A stretch of 64,000 nt of DNA from an uncultured Clostridium sp. (lineage in GTDB: Bacteria; Bacillota; Clostridia; TANB77; CAG-508): assembly GCA_947087745.1 (NCBI GenBank), contig CAMUDX010000003.1:1412-65411 (forward strand), given 5' to 3'. This document shows, one piece after another, positions 1 through 8,550 of the stretch. Under the pieces are notes generated by a model that saw only the letters and a list, made by a program, of their open reading frames with translations, did not search any database and was not told where the DNA came from. Position 1 is the stretch's first letter. The number at the start of each line of letters is the position of its first letter. The position numbers were made by a program, and so were the translations under genes.

Positions 1-330
1 TTAATTGTTCCATCTTCTAAAGTTTCTCCTATTACTACTTTATCAATTAAACATTCAAAAACATCTTTATCAAATTTCGGCATTATATCTATATTTTTAA
101 ATAAACTTTTAAACTTGTTTAATCTTAGTTTAATGCTTTCTGTTCTATTTTAGGCAATTCCATATTTAAGTTATCAAACTTTTCTGTATATTGTTCCTTA
201 TTGATTTTACCTTCTAAATTTAACTCTAATAAATTAGCAAGTTTCTTGTTTATTTTTTCTTTGTCTTTTTCTTTTTCTAGTTTTGTTACTATTGTTTCTG
301 TAGTATTTTCTTTTAAGATTTTTTCTATTA
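1..330 (-). pseudogene. C-terminal (coiled-coil tail) fragment of a large serine recombinase, frame-disrupted, runs off the window start
   Basis: Minus-strand translation reads ..IEKILKENTTETIVTKLEKEKDKEKINKKLANLLELNLEGKINKEQYTEKFDNLNMELPKIEQKALN, stops at 125-127, then continues in another frame as KLRLNKFKSLFKNIDIMPKFDKDVFECLIDKVVIGETLEDGTI. This is typical of phage/ICE serine-integrase tails. No catalytic N-terminus is present. Confidence 0.4.
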
Positions 331-554
331 TTGATAAAGTTAAAAAATATACTGAAATTAAAGAACTAACACCAGAAATTGTAAATGAACTAATTGATAA
401 AATATATGTATATCAACAAACTAAGCTGAATGGTAAGAAATATCAGCAAATAGACATTTACTATACAGGTGTTGGAATAATAGGTATTCCACTAAATGAA
501 TATGAATTAGAAAATGCCTTTCAGCAAAGTATTAAAAATACAAAAACAGCATAG
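322..554 (+). pseudogene. C-terminal DUF4368-like fragment of a TndX/CTn-type large serine recombinase
   Basis: The C-terminal part of ORF 201-554 reads KELTPEIVNELIDKIYVYQQTKLNGKKYQQIDIYYTGVGIIG, the characteristic tail of conjugative-transposon serine recombinases. The N-terminal part of that ORF is low-complexity antisense of the neighbouring fragment. Confidence 0.5.
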
Positions 555-678
555 TCTTTAAACTATACTGCTATAACCTAAAGGAGTACTTAATCAATAA
601 TTGTCCTTATTGAAAGTACTCCTTCAGAATGATATTTGTATCTACCTGTTCTATAAAAAGTTCGAACAGATACGTCGT

Positions 679-764
679 TGGTGGGCAGGGAAGGATTCGA
701 ACCTTCGTACTCAAATGAGAACAGATTTACAGTCTGCCGCCTTTAACCACTCGGCCACCTACCC
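679..764 (-). tRNA. tRNA-Tyr (anticodon GTA), long variable arm, CCA encoded
   Basis: The sense strand GGGTAGGTGGCCGAGTGGTTAAAGGCGGCAGACTGTAAATCTG..GGTTCGAATCCTTCCCTGCCCACCA folds with a 7-bp acceptor stem, a CTGTAAA anticodon loop and a T-loop GGTTCGAATCC. Confidence 0.9.
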
Positions 765-853
765 AAAAAAATATAGTTTTAGCTGAATTATTCATTCAAC
801 AAAAACTATTATAAATGTAAAAATATTTTTTGTCAATACTTTTTAACAAAATT

Positions 854-1534
854 TTATATATCAGTAGAATATATAATTCCACCGCCATAGTCAAAAACAT
901 CTAACCCTTTAAAGTCAATTAATTCAAGCCCGTATTTATTAATATGGTCTATAACTTTTTCTTTATCAGAAAGATAATCTATGTCACCAAACAAAATAAA
1001 TTTACTACAAAATATTAAAGTTGCTCCACCTATAAATCCTTTAATATTAGAAATATTTCCTTCTTTATCTAAAAGTTTTATATTATTTTCTCTTATAAAT
1101 AATGCATCTATGCCATACATTTGCAATTTTTTAGCAATCCATTCATCTGTAGTTATACAAGAATTTTTGCTAGTAACTGCTATAGAACATTTAACATATC
1201 CCTGCCTAACTGTTATATCAACTGGTATACTATAATCTGTATATTTACTACCTATAATATGTTCTCCTATCTGACAAGCATTATATAAAACATCTTGTGG
1301 ATAAAATCTTTTAACTTCAGTATTACCAATTATAAAGCTTTTATCCTTTATTTTTGCATTTGGTGCACATATAACTTCATCGTTTATTTTACAATAAAAT
1401 ATATCACTATGCCCTGAAATTTCTTGATACACATCTTCTGATAATGGCAATTTTTGTACTTCAAAAAACTGTTTTAAATATTCGTATTCTTCATTTCTTA
1501 TTCTTTCATCTATTATCAAAGTTGGCTTCATCAT
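854..1534 (-). CDS. hypothetical protein (226 aa), function not recognised
   Basis: Intact ORF with non-repetitive composition. No confident family assignment can be made from the sequence alone. Confidence 0.55.
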   Translation of the reverse strand: MMKPTLIIDERIRNEEYEYLKQFFEVQKLPLSEDVYQEISGHSDIFYCKINDEVICAPNAKIKDKSFIIGNTEVKRFYPQDVLYNACQIGEHIIGSKYTDYSIPVDITVRQGYVKCSIAVTSKNSCITTDEWIAKKLQMYGIDALFIRENNIKLLDKEGNISNIKGFIGGATLIFCSKFILFGDIDYLSDKEKVIDHINKYGLELIDFKGLDVFDYGGGIIYSTDI

Positions 1535-1570
1535 AATATAACTTTCTCTTTTTCACTTCAAATATAATTA

Positions 1571-1960
1571 TTATTTAACTTCTACTTTCCATAGTCCATG
1601 TTTGTTACAATATGCATACAAAGTTGAATTTGGTATATATTTAAATCTCACTTCTGTTGATTGTTCTGGATATAATGTTATTCTTGTAACACAATTGTCT
1701 GTTGCTTGTGCTACCCACATAATATAATGCTCTTTATCCATTGGATGCTCTACTTCTCCTACCTTTACTGCAATTTCATCTTCTACTTTTTGATAAACAG
1801 GAACATGCTTTTCAGTTGCTGCATCTACTACATTTGGAATTAATTCCTCCATAGATTTTCCACAGCATGTCATATGCTTTATATCTCCTTCAATTAATTC
1901 TACTATACTTCCACATGCCGGACATTTATAAAATTTTACATTATTTTTCATTTTATTCAC
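1571..1960 (-). CDS. dfx: desulfoferrodoxin (2Fe superoxide reductase)
   Basis: N-terminal desulforedoxin-like CPACG..CCG cysteine cluster, plus a C-terminal neelaredoxin-like EKHVPV..HPMDKEHYIMW..C..H segment. Confidence 0.85.
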   Translation of the reverse strand: MNKMKNNVKFYKCPACGSIVELIEGDIKHMTCCGKSMEELIPNVVDAATEKHVPVYQKVEDEIAVKVGEVEHPMDKEHYIMWVAQATDNCVTRITLYPEQSTEVRFKYIPNSTLYAYCNKHGLWKVEVK

Positions 1961-1967
1961 CTTTCTT

Positions 1968-3134
1968 TTAATTTAATATATTGTTAGCTAATTCTATTAA
2001 TTGCTTTTTACTTTCATCATTTAACGTAGATTTGATTGTTACCATTGGTTCTATTACTTCAAGATTTTTCATTTGCGATACTATTTCTTTCATACATTTT
2101 CCTGCACTTGGAGCCCATGTTCCATTTTCTATAATTCCTATTTTTCTACTTTGATAATTTTTGCCTTTTAGTGCATTTAAAAAGTGCTCCATTGGTGGGA
2201 ATAAACCTAAATTGTAACTTGATGAAGCTATGATTATCTTGTCATATCTAAAAGCATCTTCTATTGCTTCTGCCATATCATCTCTTGCTAAATCTGTTAA
2301 TGTTACTTTCTTTGCTCCTTTTTCTTCTAATATTTCTTTTAATTGTTTTACCGCTTCTAATGTATTTCCATATATTGAACTACATGCTATAAATACTCCA
2401 TCATCTTCAGGCTTATAAGAACTCCATATATCATATTTATTTATATAATGTTCTAAATCTTCTTTTAATATTGGACCATGTAATGGACATATTGTTTTTA
2501 TATCTAATGTACTTGCCTTTTTTAATAATGCTTGTACTTGTATTCCATATTTTCCTACAATGTTAAAATAATATCTTCTTGCTTCACAATCCCAATCTTC
2601 TTCTGTATCTAATGCTCCAAACTTTCCAAATGCATCTGCTGAAAATAATATTTTTTCTGTTTGCTCATACTCTACCATTACCTCTGGCCAATGTACCATT
2701 GGTGTCATTATAAATTGTAGTTTGTGTTTTCCTAAATCTAATATATCTCCTTCTTTTACCACTAATTTTCTTTCTTCTAAATTGTCTATATTGAAAAATT
2801 GTGGTATGAATGCAAATGTTTTTTCATTTCCTACTATTGTCATATTTTGATATTTTCTTGAGATATTTTCAATATTATATGCATGGTCTGGCTCTAAATG
2901 AGATATTACTAAGTAATCAGGTATTCTTCCTTGTAATGCCTTTTCTAAATTTTCTAGCCACTCTTCTGTTTTTCTTCTATCTATTGTATCTATTATTGCT
3001 ATTTTTTCATCTTTTATTACATATGAATTGTATGATATACCATTTGGTACAATATATTGACTTTCAAATAAGTCTAAATCTTTATCATCTGCTCCAATAT
3101 ATATTATGTCTTTTGAAATGTTTGTATCTTTCAT
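1968..3134 (-). CDS. flavodiiron protein (FprA-type A-type flavoprotein; O2/NO reductase)
   Basis: Metallo-beta-lactamase-like N-domain (ISHLEPDH) fused to a C-terminal flavodoxin-like domain. It sits adjacent to desulfoferrodoxin, forming an oxidative-stress pair. Confidence 0.85.
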   Translation of the reverse strand: MKDTNISKDIIYIGADDKDLDLFESQYIVPNGISYNSYVIKDEKIAIIDTIDRRKTEEWLENLEKALQGRIPDYLVISHLEPDHAYNIENISRKYQNMTIVGNEKTFAFIPQFFNIDNLEERKLVVKEGDILDLGKHKLQFIMTPMVHWPEVMVEYEQTEKILFSADAFGKFGALDTEEDWDCEARRYYFNIVGKYGIQVQALLKKASTLDIKTICPLHGPILKEDLEHYINKYDIWSSYKPEDDGVFIACSSIYGNTLEAVKQLKEILEEKGAKKVTLTDLARDDMAEAIEDAFRYDKIIIASSSYNLGLFPPMEHFLNALKGKNYQSRKIGIIENGTWAPSAGKCMKEIVSQMKNLEVIEPMVTIKSTLNDESKKQLIELANNILN

Positions 3135-3277
3135 ATATACCTCCTTATTAATATAATAGTTTTAGATTTTTAATTCTGCTCTCAAATAATATAATATTTT
3201 CCTTTTTTAGTCAATACTATGTATTTCTTTAATTATTATTAGACATAAAAATAAATAATCCTTATTTTATTATAGGA

Positions 3278-3541
3278 TTATTTACTACTGTCTATATATA
3301 TTCTTTCATTAGGATAATACATATTTAGCTTTTTTCTTGCCATTTTTTCTATATATTCTAATGAATTTATATTTTGTTTATTTATATTTAATTCATCTTG
3401 ATAATTTTTTGCTTCTGTAATCTGTTCATTTAAGTCTTTTTGTGTATCCTTATATGCATTTAATGTCTTCTGTTGATTTATTATTGTTATTGTTGCATAT
3501 ACTATTAAAACAATAAAAATCAATTTTGTTTTCTTCTTCAT
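3278..3541 (-). CDS. divIC: septum formation initiator family protein (DivIC/FtsB-like)
   Basis: 87 aa with an N-terminal TM segment plus coiled coil. It lies downstream of yabP-yabQ, as in the Bacillus yabP-yabQ-divIC order. Confidence 0.7.
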   Translation of the reverse strand: MKKKTKLIFIVLIVYATITIINQQKTLNAYKDTQKDLNEQITEAKNYQDELNINKQNINSLEYIEKMARKKLNMYYPNERIYIDSSK

Positions 3542-3629
3542 CAGTAACTCTCCATTTTATAATCTAATCCATGTTTTTACAACATAATATATTATTCTAC
3601 TTATTTAGTTGTTTTTCCCTCTTTATTTT

Positions 3630-4139
3630 TCATTTTTTTATCTTTTTGAAAATTTTGTGTACTTTCATCTTGTTTTTTGGCTTATTATCTATTGCTTTGT
3701 TAATATTTTTTGTATGTACTTGTCGAAATATTTTACTTACATTTATTACTACTATTTTTATAGGTTTCTCTATTATTTTATAAATGAATTTTATTGGTGT
3801 TATTAATATTTTGTATATACACATTATTATGTTTTTTACTATATTTATTATTGTAACACTTACTTTTATTACATATTTGCTAAATAGTAATAGGTAAAAC
3901 GCTATTCCTAGTAGTATTCCTATAAACATGAAAAAGCGTATTTCTCCATTATTAAAGAAAAATATCGAATATAATATTATTGCCCCTGTTAATAACCAAA
4001 ATATAGTATCTTCTATATATGTAACAATATCTGCTGTTTTAAAACTCTTTCGTAATATTCTAAATATATCGAATAATAGCCCAATTAAAATTCCATCTAA
4101 TGTAAATATTAAAAATAAATTCGCTTGACTTATAACCAT
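3630..4139 (-). CDS. yabQ: spore cortex biosynthesis protein YabQ
   Basis: Polytopic membrane protein with a GLLFDIFRILRK motif, immediately downstream of yabP. Confidence 0.7.
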   Translation of the reverse strand: MVISQANLFLIFTLDGILIGLLFDIFRILRKSFKTADIVTYIEDTIFWLLTGAIILYSIFFFNNGEIRFFMFIGILLGIAFYLLLFSKYVIKVSVTIINIVKNIIMCIYKILITPIKFIYKIIEKPIKIVVINVSKIFRQVHTKNINKAIDNKPKNKMKVHKIFKKIKK

Positions 4140-4156
4140 TCTATCACCACATCTTA

Positions 4157-4459
4157 TTATTTAAATATTTTTCCTAATAGGCTTCCAGAGCTCTTTCCTT
4201 GATTTGCTTCACTATACGCTAAACTAGATACTTCTCCTTCTACTATTACTTCTGATGTGTCTATACTTAATTTATTTATTTTTAAGTTCTGCCCCTTTAT
4301 TGTTAATAACCCTAATTCTGTTTCTACTATTACTACTTGGTCATCAAAGCTTAATACATCATTTACTCCTGAAATACTTAACTTTCCTCTATTTTCTAAT
4401 ATTAAATTTTGTATAACATTCATTGTGTTCATGCTTTTTCTTTCTTCTACTATTGCCAT
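4157..4459 (-). CDS. yabP: sporulation protein YabP
   Basis: LILENRGKLSISGVNDVLSFDDQVVIVETELGLLTIKGQNLKINKLSIDTSEVIVEGEV matches the YabP family pattern. Confidence 0.8.
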   Translation of the reverse strand: MAIVEERKSMNTMNVIQNLILENRGKLSISGVNDVLSFDDQVVIVETELGLLTIKGQNLKINKLSIDTSEVIVEGEVSSLAYSEANQGKSSGSLLGKIFK

Positions 4460-4598
4460 TGTACAACTCTCCTTCCTATATGTTTCTATTTATTTATATT
4501 CTGAGGTTGTACTTTTTAGAACTAAAATATGCGAAGTTTATTACTCTCTAATGTTCTTTTTTAGAGATTATAAGCTTCGCACATTTTCTTATTTATTA

Positions 4599-5393
4599 TT
4601 AATTTCCTGTACTTCTATATTTGTTCAATGCTAGGTTCCATATCTTTACTGCTATTATCCACAAGATTATTGCTATGGCTGGCGATAAATATATCATATA
4701 TGTATTTATTCCTAAATAGCTTGCTGTTGGATAATATGCTACAAATGCAAATGGTAATATTATTGTTATTAATACTCTTATAAATTTGTTATATATATCT
4801 ATTGGATATTGTGCAAATGTATATATTCTATAAAATGACCATATTACTTCATTTGATCTGTATGTCCAAAATGATGCAATACTAAATATTGTATTAATTG
4901 CTCCTATTATCATTGCTCCTACTATACTGAAAAATATTATTTTTATTATAAGTAATATTGTTATTGGTATTGCTAGCTTTATTAACATTATTATTGTCAT
5001 TCCTATTCCTAATACTAAATACCCTATTGATGTAAATTCCTTAGATGATCCTATTATTGATATTAATGGATGTACAGGTCTTAACATTATTTTGTCAAAA
5101 TCTCCTTCTCTTATGTACTTTGGTCCAATATCATATAATGCATCAAATAAAAAACTTGACACTCCAACAGATATTAGAGTTACTCCATATAATAATACTA
5201 CTTGCTTAAAATTCCATCCTACTAAATTTTCTGCATTTTGAAATACTATCCATATAAATATTATTTCTACTAATTGTGTAATTATTTGTGATATACTCCC
5301 AACTATACAGTCTATTCTATATATTAACATTTCTTTTAATGATGCTTTTAAAAATGAAAAATATAATTTTATATTATCTATTACCTTTGTCAT
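4599..5393 (-). CDS. ABC-2 family transporter permease
   Basis: 264 aa, 6 predicted TM segments. It is the last gene of an ATPase-permease-permease operon. Confidence 0.7.
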   Translation of the reverse strand: MTKVIDNIKLYFSFLKASLKEMLIYRIDCIVGSISQIITQLVEIIFIWIVFQNAENLVGWNFKQVVLLYGVTLISVGVSSFLFDALYDIGPKYIREGDFDKIMLRPVHPLISIIGSSKEFTSIGYLVLGIGMTIIMLIKLAIPITILLIIKIIFFSIVGAMIIGAINTIFSIASFWTYRSNEVIWSFYRIYTFAQYPIDIYNKFIRVLITIILPFAFVAYYPTASYLGINTYMIYLSPAIAIILWIIAVKIWNLALNKYRSTGN

Positions 5394-5444
5394 TATAAAA
5401 TTTAATCCCTTTCTTTTGATTGTTCATTTGTTCTATATTTTAAG

Positions 5445-6236
5445 TTATCCTCCATTAATTGTTATCTTTTTTACAGCATGGTTGAAAAATGCTCTTGCTA
5501 CAACATATAATATAAGTCCCCATATAATTTGTTTAATTATTATAAGTATTATTTCATTCATAGATACATTTCCTAACCATATCTCTATTGGTGTATATAT
5601 TAATTCTTTAAATGGTAATATTTTTGATAAATTTTGGAATCACATTGGAAATAATGTTATTGGTGCTATTACACCTGATAAAATTGATATTACCGCTTTT
5701 TTTAATACTTGCATTCCCCAAATTGAATTTGTGTAAAATCCACATGTCCCTACTATCATTTGTATAAAAAAAGTTATTGGTATTCCAATTATTATTAAAA
5801 CTATAAACAAAACGAAATGTAATATACTTACTGGTAATATTATACTCCAAAATATACTACATATTATTAATGTTGCTGTTCCTATGATTAAGGCAAATGC
5901 CATCTCTCCTAAGTTTATTCCAAAGTAATATTGAAAATATGTTAATGGATTTAATAATTCCTTATTAATCCTTCCTTTTCTAATTGAACGTGCCATATCT
6001 TCGTCTACTCCCCAAGCCACTAATGAACTTACTGAAAATACTAGTATATAATATGTAATCATTTGTTCAATTGTAAATCCTCCTGCATTTCCTGTTTGGT
6101 TATATATTGCTTGCCATACAAATATATATACTATTACTTCTACTATTCTATTCAATGTCCATAAATAAAAGTTCGATTTGTATATTGCATATTGTTTTAT
6201 TTGCATTTTTGCTAATGCTAACATACTTTTTAACAT
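5445..6236 (-). pseudogene. ABC-2 family transporter permease interrupted by a single in-frame TGA (5640-5642)
   Basis: ORF 5640-6236 ends ..APITLFPM-TGA. The same frame continues FQNLSKILPFKELIYTPIEIWLGNVSMNEIILIIIKQIIWGLILYVVARAFFNHAVKKITINGG to a TAA at 5445-5447. The total of 263 codons matches the 264-aa paralog next door. Confidence 0.7.
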
Positions 6237-7156
6237 TTATGTACTCCTTTGTATATTTCTTTTAATATATCTTCTAATTCTGCCTCTTTCATGTGTATAT
6301 CTTCTATATTTCCATACTTTGATATTTGTTCTATTATTTTCATTATTGTTGTTTCTTTGTGACTAAATTTAATTTTTAATTTGTCTTCTCTTTCTTCTAA
6401 TATTTCTGCATTATCAATTTTTAGATTTTCTGATATATTCATATTTTTTTCTTTTATTATAATCTCTGCTATCGTTTTTTCTCCATAGGTATCTTTGAAT
6501 TTCTGCTTTTCTCCATCATATATGATTTGCCCTTTATCTAATAGTATTATTCTGTCACATACATCTTCTATATCTTTTAAATCATGTGTTGTTAATATTA
6601 CTATTTTTGGTTCATCTAAATATACTATTTGTGGATTATGTATAAATGTCGCTGCTATTTCACATCTCATTTTTTGACCTAAACTCAAGTTTTTTACTTG
6701 TTTTTCTAATAAATCCTCTAATTCTAATATTTCTGTGAATTTTTTTAGGTTTTTTCTATATTCGTTTTCTGGTATTTTATACATTTTTTTGATTAGTCTA
6801 AATGACTCTATTACTGGTAAGTCCCACCATAACTGTGTCTTTTGTCTGAATACTGCTCCGATATTTTTGTTATTTTCTATTCTTTTTTCGTTTGGTACTA
6901 TTCCCTTTACTACTACTTTTCCAGATGTTGGTGTTAACAGTCCTGTTAGCATTTTTATTGTTGTTGATTTTCCTGCTCCATTTTCTCCTATATATCCTAC
7001 TAACTCTCCCTCTTCTATATTGAAATTGATGCCTTTTACTGCTTTATATTCTTTATATTTTGGTTTTATTAAGTTTTTGAAATATCCTATTAATCCTTCT
7101 TCTTTTTCTATTATTTTATATGTCTTCTCTAAATTTTTTACTTCTATTATAGACAT
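6230..7156 (-). CDS. ABC transporter ATP-binding protein with an apparent in-frame deletion of the D-loop region
   Basis: Walker A GENGAGKST, signature LSLGQKMR and Walker B IVYLDEP are followed directly by K-IVILTTHD. The usual TxGLD D-loop and following helix (about 25 aa) are missing. Confidence 0.8.
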   Translation of the reverse strand: MSIIEVKNLEKTYKIIEKEEGLIGYFKNLIKPKYKEYKAVKGINFNIEEGELVGYIGENGAGKSTTIKMLTGLLTPTSGKVVVKGIVPNEKRIENNKNIGAVFRQKTQLWWDLPVIESFRLIKKMYKIPENEYRKNLKKFTEILELEDLLEKQVKNLSLGQKMRCEIAATFIHNPQIVYLDEPKIVILTTHDLKDIEDVCDRIILLDKGQIIYDGEKQKFKDTYGEKTIAEIIIKEKNMNISENLKIDNAEILEEREDKLKIKFSHKETTIMKIIEQISKYGNIEDIHMKEAELEDILKEIYKGVHKC

Positions 7157-7173
7157 TATTTTCCTCTTTTCTT

Positions 7174-8166
7174 TTATTTTTCAATATTCTCAAATTCTAT
7201 ATCTTCTTTTTTATATTCATTTGGCTTTAATCCAAATCTAGTTTTCATATATTTTAAGGTTGCAAGCATACAAATTAATGCTACTATTCCTATTATCAAA
7301 AATGCATTTTTTACATTTATTATTTTTAATAATAACCCTCCTAATACAGAGAATATACTTGCTGCTATTCCTCCTATAAATTCATATGTAAATGTTATTT
7401 TGTTCCTTTCTTCTTCCTTCGTGAAATTTTTTAAATACTTACTTTCTAAAATGTACCATATTGATGTACACATTTTCTGTATTGCATACATTATCAATAT
7501 TATTGGTATTATTGTTGCTCCAGTATATATACTTGAAATTACTCCTATTATTATACATGTTCCTATATACATTAATGATAGAAATGATAATGTTCTATTT
7601 TTTAGTTTCTTTTCAATTGGTCTTTTTAGCGATAATGAAATTCCTCCTATCAATGTGAGTATAGCAAATATCATTGAGAATTGTTGTTCAGGTATTCCTA
7701 CATTTACAAGTAAGTCACTATTATATGTGTCTATTATTTCTATTAAACTATAAAATACTATTTGGAATAATATAAACGCTTTCATTCTCTTTGATTTTAT
7801 AATAAATTTAAAAGAACTCTTTAAATCTCCTCCATATTCTTTTACCGTTTTTACTAATCCTGATTTTTTCTCTCTTTTTACTTCATATATATCTTGAAAT
7901 CCAAATGATAATATTATTGATATTATAGCAAATCCTAAACATATAAGCATTGGTATATAATTGTTTATTACAAATAAGTATCCTGCTACTAATGATGCAA
8001 TTCCATCTAATATATAATACAAACTTCCTCCCTTTGCATCAATCTTGGAATATAGCCCTTCTCCTCCTTTTGTTGATACAGAATCGTATAATAAATTTGT
8101 TTCTGCAATTGTTTTTATGTCATATCCTAGAGAAAATATTAAATCTGCATAATAAGTAAAATCCAT
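7174..8166 (-). pseudogene. MFS-type transporter, apparently 5'-truncated (TM1-4 missing)
   Basis: The ORF begins about 25 aa before the conserved LLYDS motif and then has about 8 TM segments. Upstream 8167-8260 holds only short out-of-frame remnants (MQAKKENRILILHYN-stop; TITKKLTASEVLIINGFYLL). Confidence 0.5.
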
Positions 8167-8397
8167 TTATTATTAATACTTCTGATGCTGTTAATTTTTT
8201 AGTTATAGTGTAAAATAAGAATTCTATTTTCTTTTTTTGCTTGCATACATTTTCTCCTATTTTTTCGATATTTTATGTCATAATTCTATCATACTGTATT
8301 TTTTTTTTTACAACATTAAAAAGAACAAAAGTAACTGCTTTTCCTCCTGTTCTAAAATATTAAGTTAAATTACTAAATATATATTTTTTTCGAAGTA

Positions 8398-8441
8398 CTA
8401 ATTTTGCAGTGAGCGGGAATTCCCGCTCACTGCAAAATTAG
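8398..8441. repeat. GC-rich palindromic repeat copy A (likely bidirectional terminator)
   Basis: CTAATTTTGCAGTGAGCGGGAATTCCCGCTCACTGCAAAATTAG is a perfect 22+22 inverted repeat lying downstream of ileS. Confidence 0.85.
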
Positions 8442-8550
8442 CTATATTTTTTATTGAATTACATGATATATCTAGATTTGGTGTTACAAAACTGTATTTT
8501 TTATAAATTTTTATCCTTTCTATAATGTTACTCTCAAGCTACTTTCATTT

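Noticed and set aside
201-330. The N-terminal 40 residues of ORF 201-554 as a real signal or TM segment.
   Set aside because: The Ser/Phe-rich stretch is the antisense of a Lys/Glu-rich coiled-coil coding fragment on the other strand. Only the DUF4368-like C-terminal part looks like genuine coding sequence.
601-786. 61-aa ORF overlapping tRNA-Tyr.
   Set aside because: It runs antisense through a canonical tRNA and has no RBS.
5640-5642. Genome-wide TGA-to-Trp (code 4-like) reassignment as the explanation for the in-frame TGA.
   Set aside because: - serS ends at a TGA that gives a normal C-terminus and overlaps the engB ATG (ATGA).
- Long genes such as ileS, typA and rnj are uninterrupted under the standard code, and their Trp residues are encoded by TGG.
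- The neighbouring ATPase and MFS genes are also damaged, which favours local decay.
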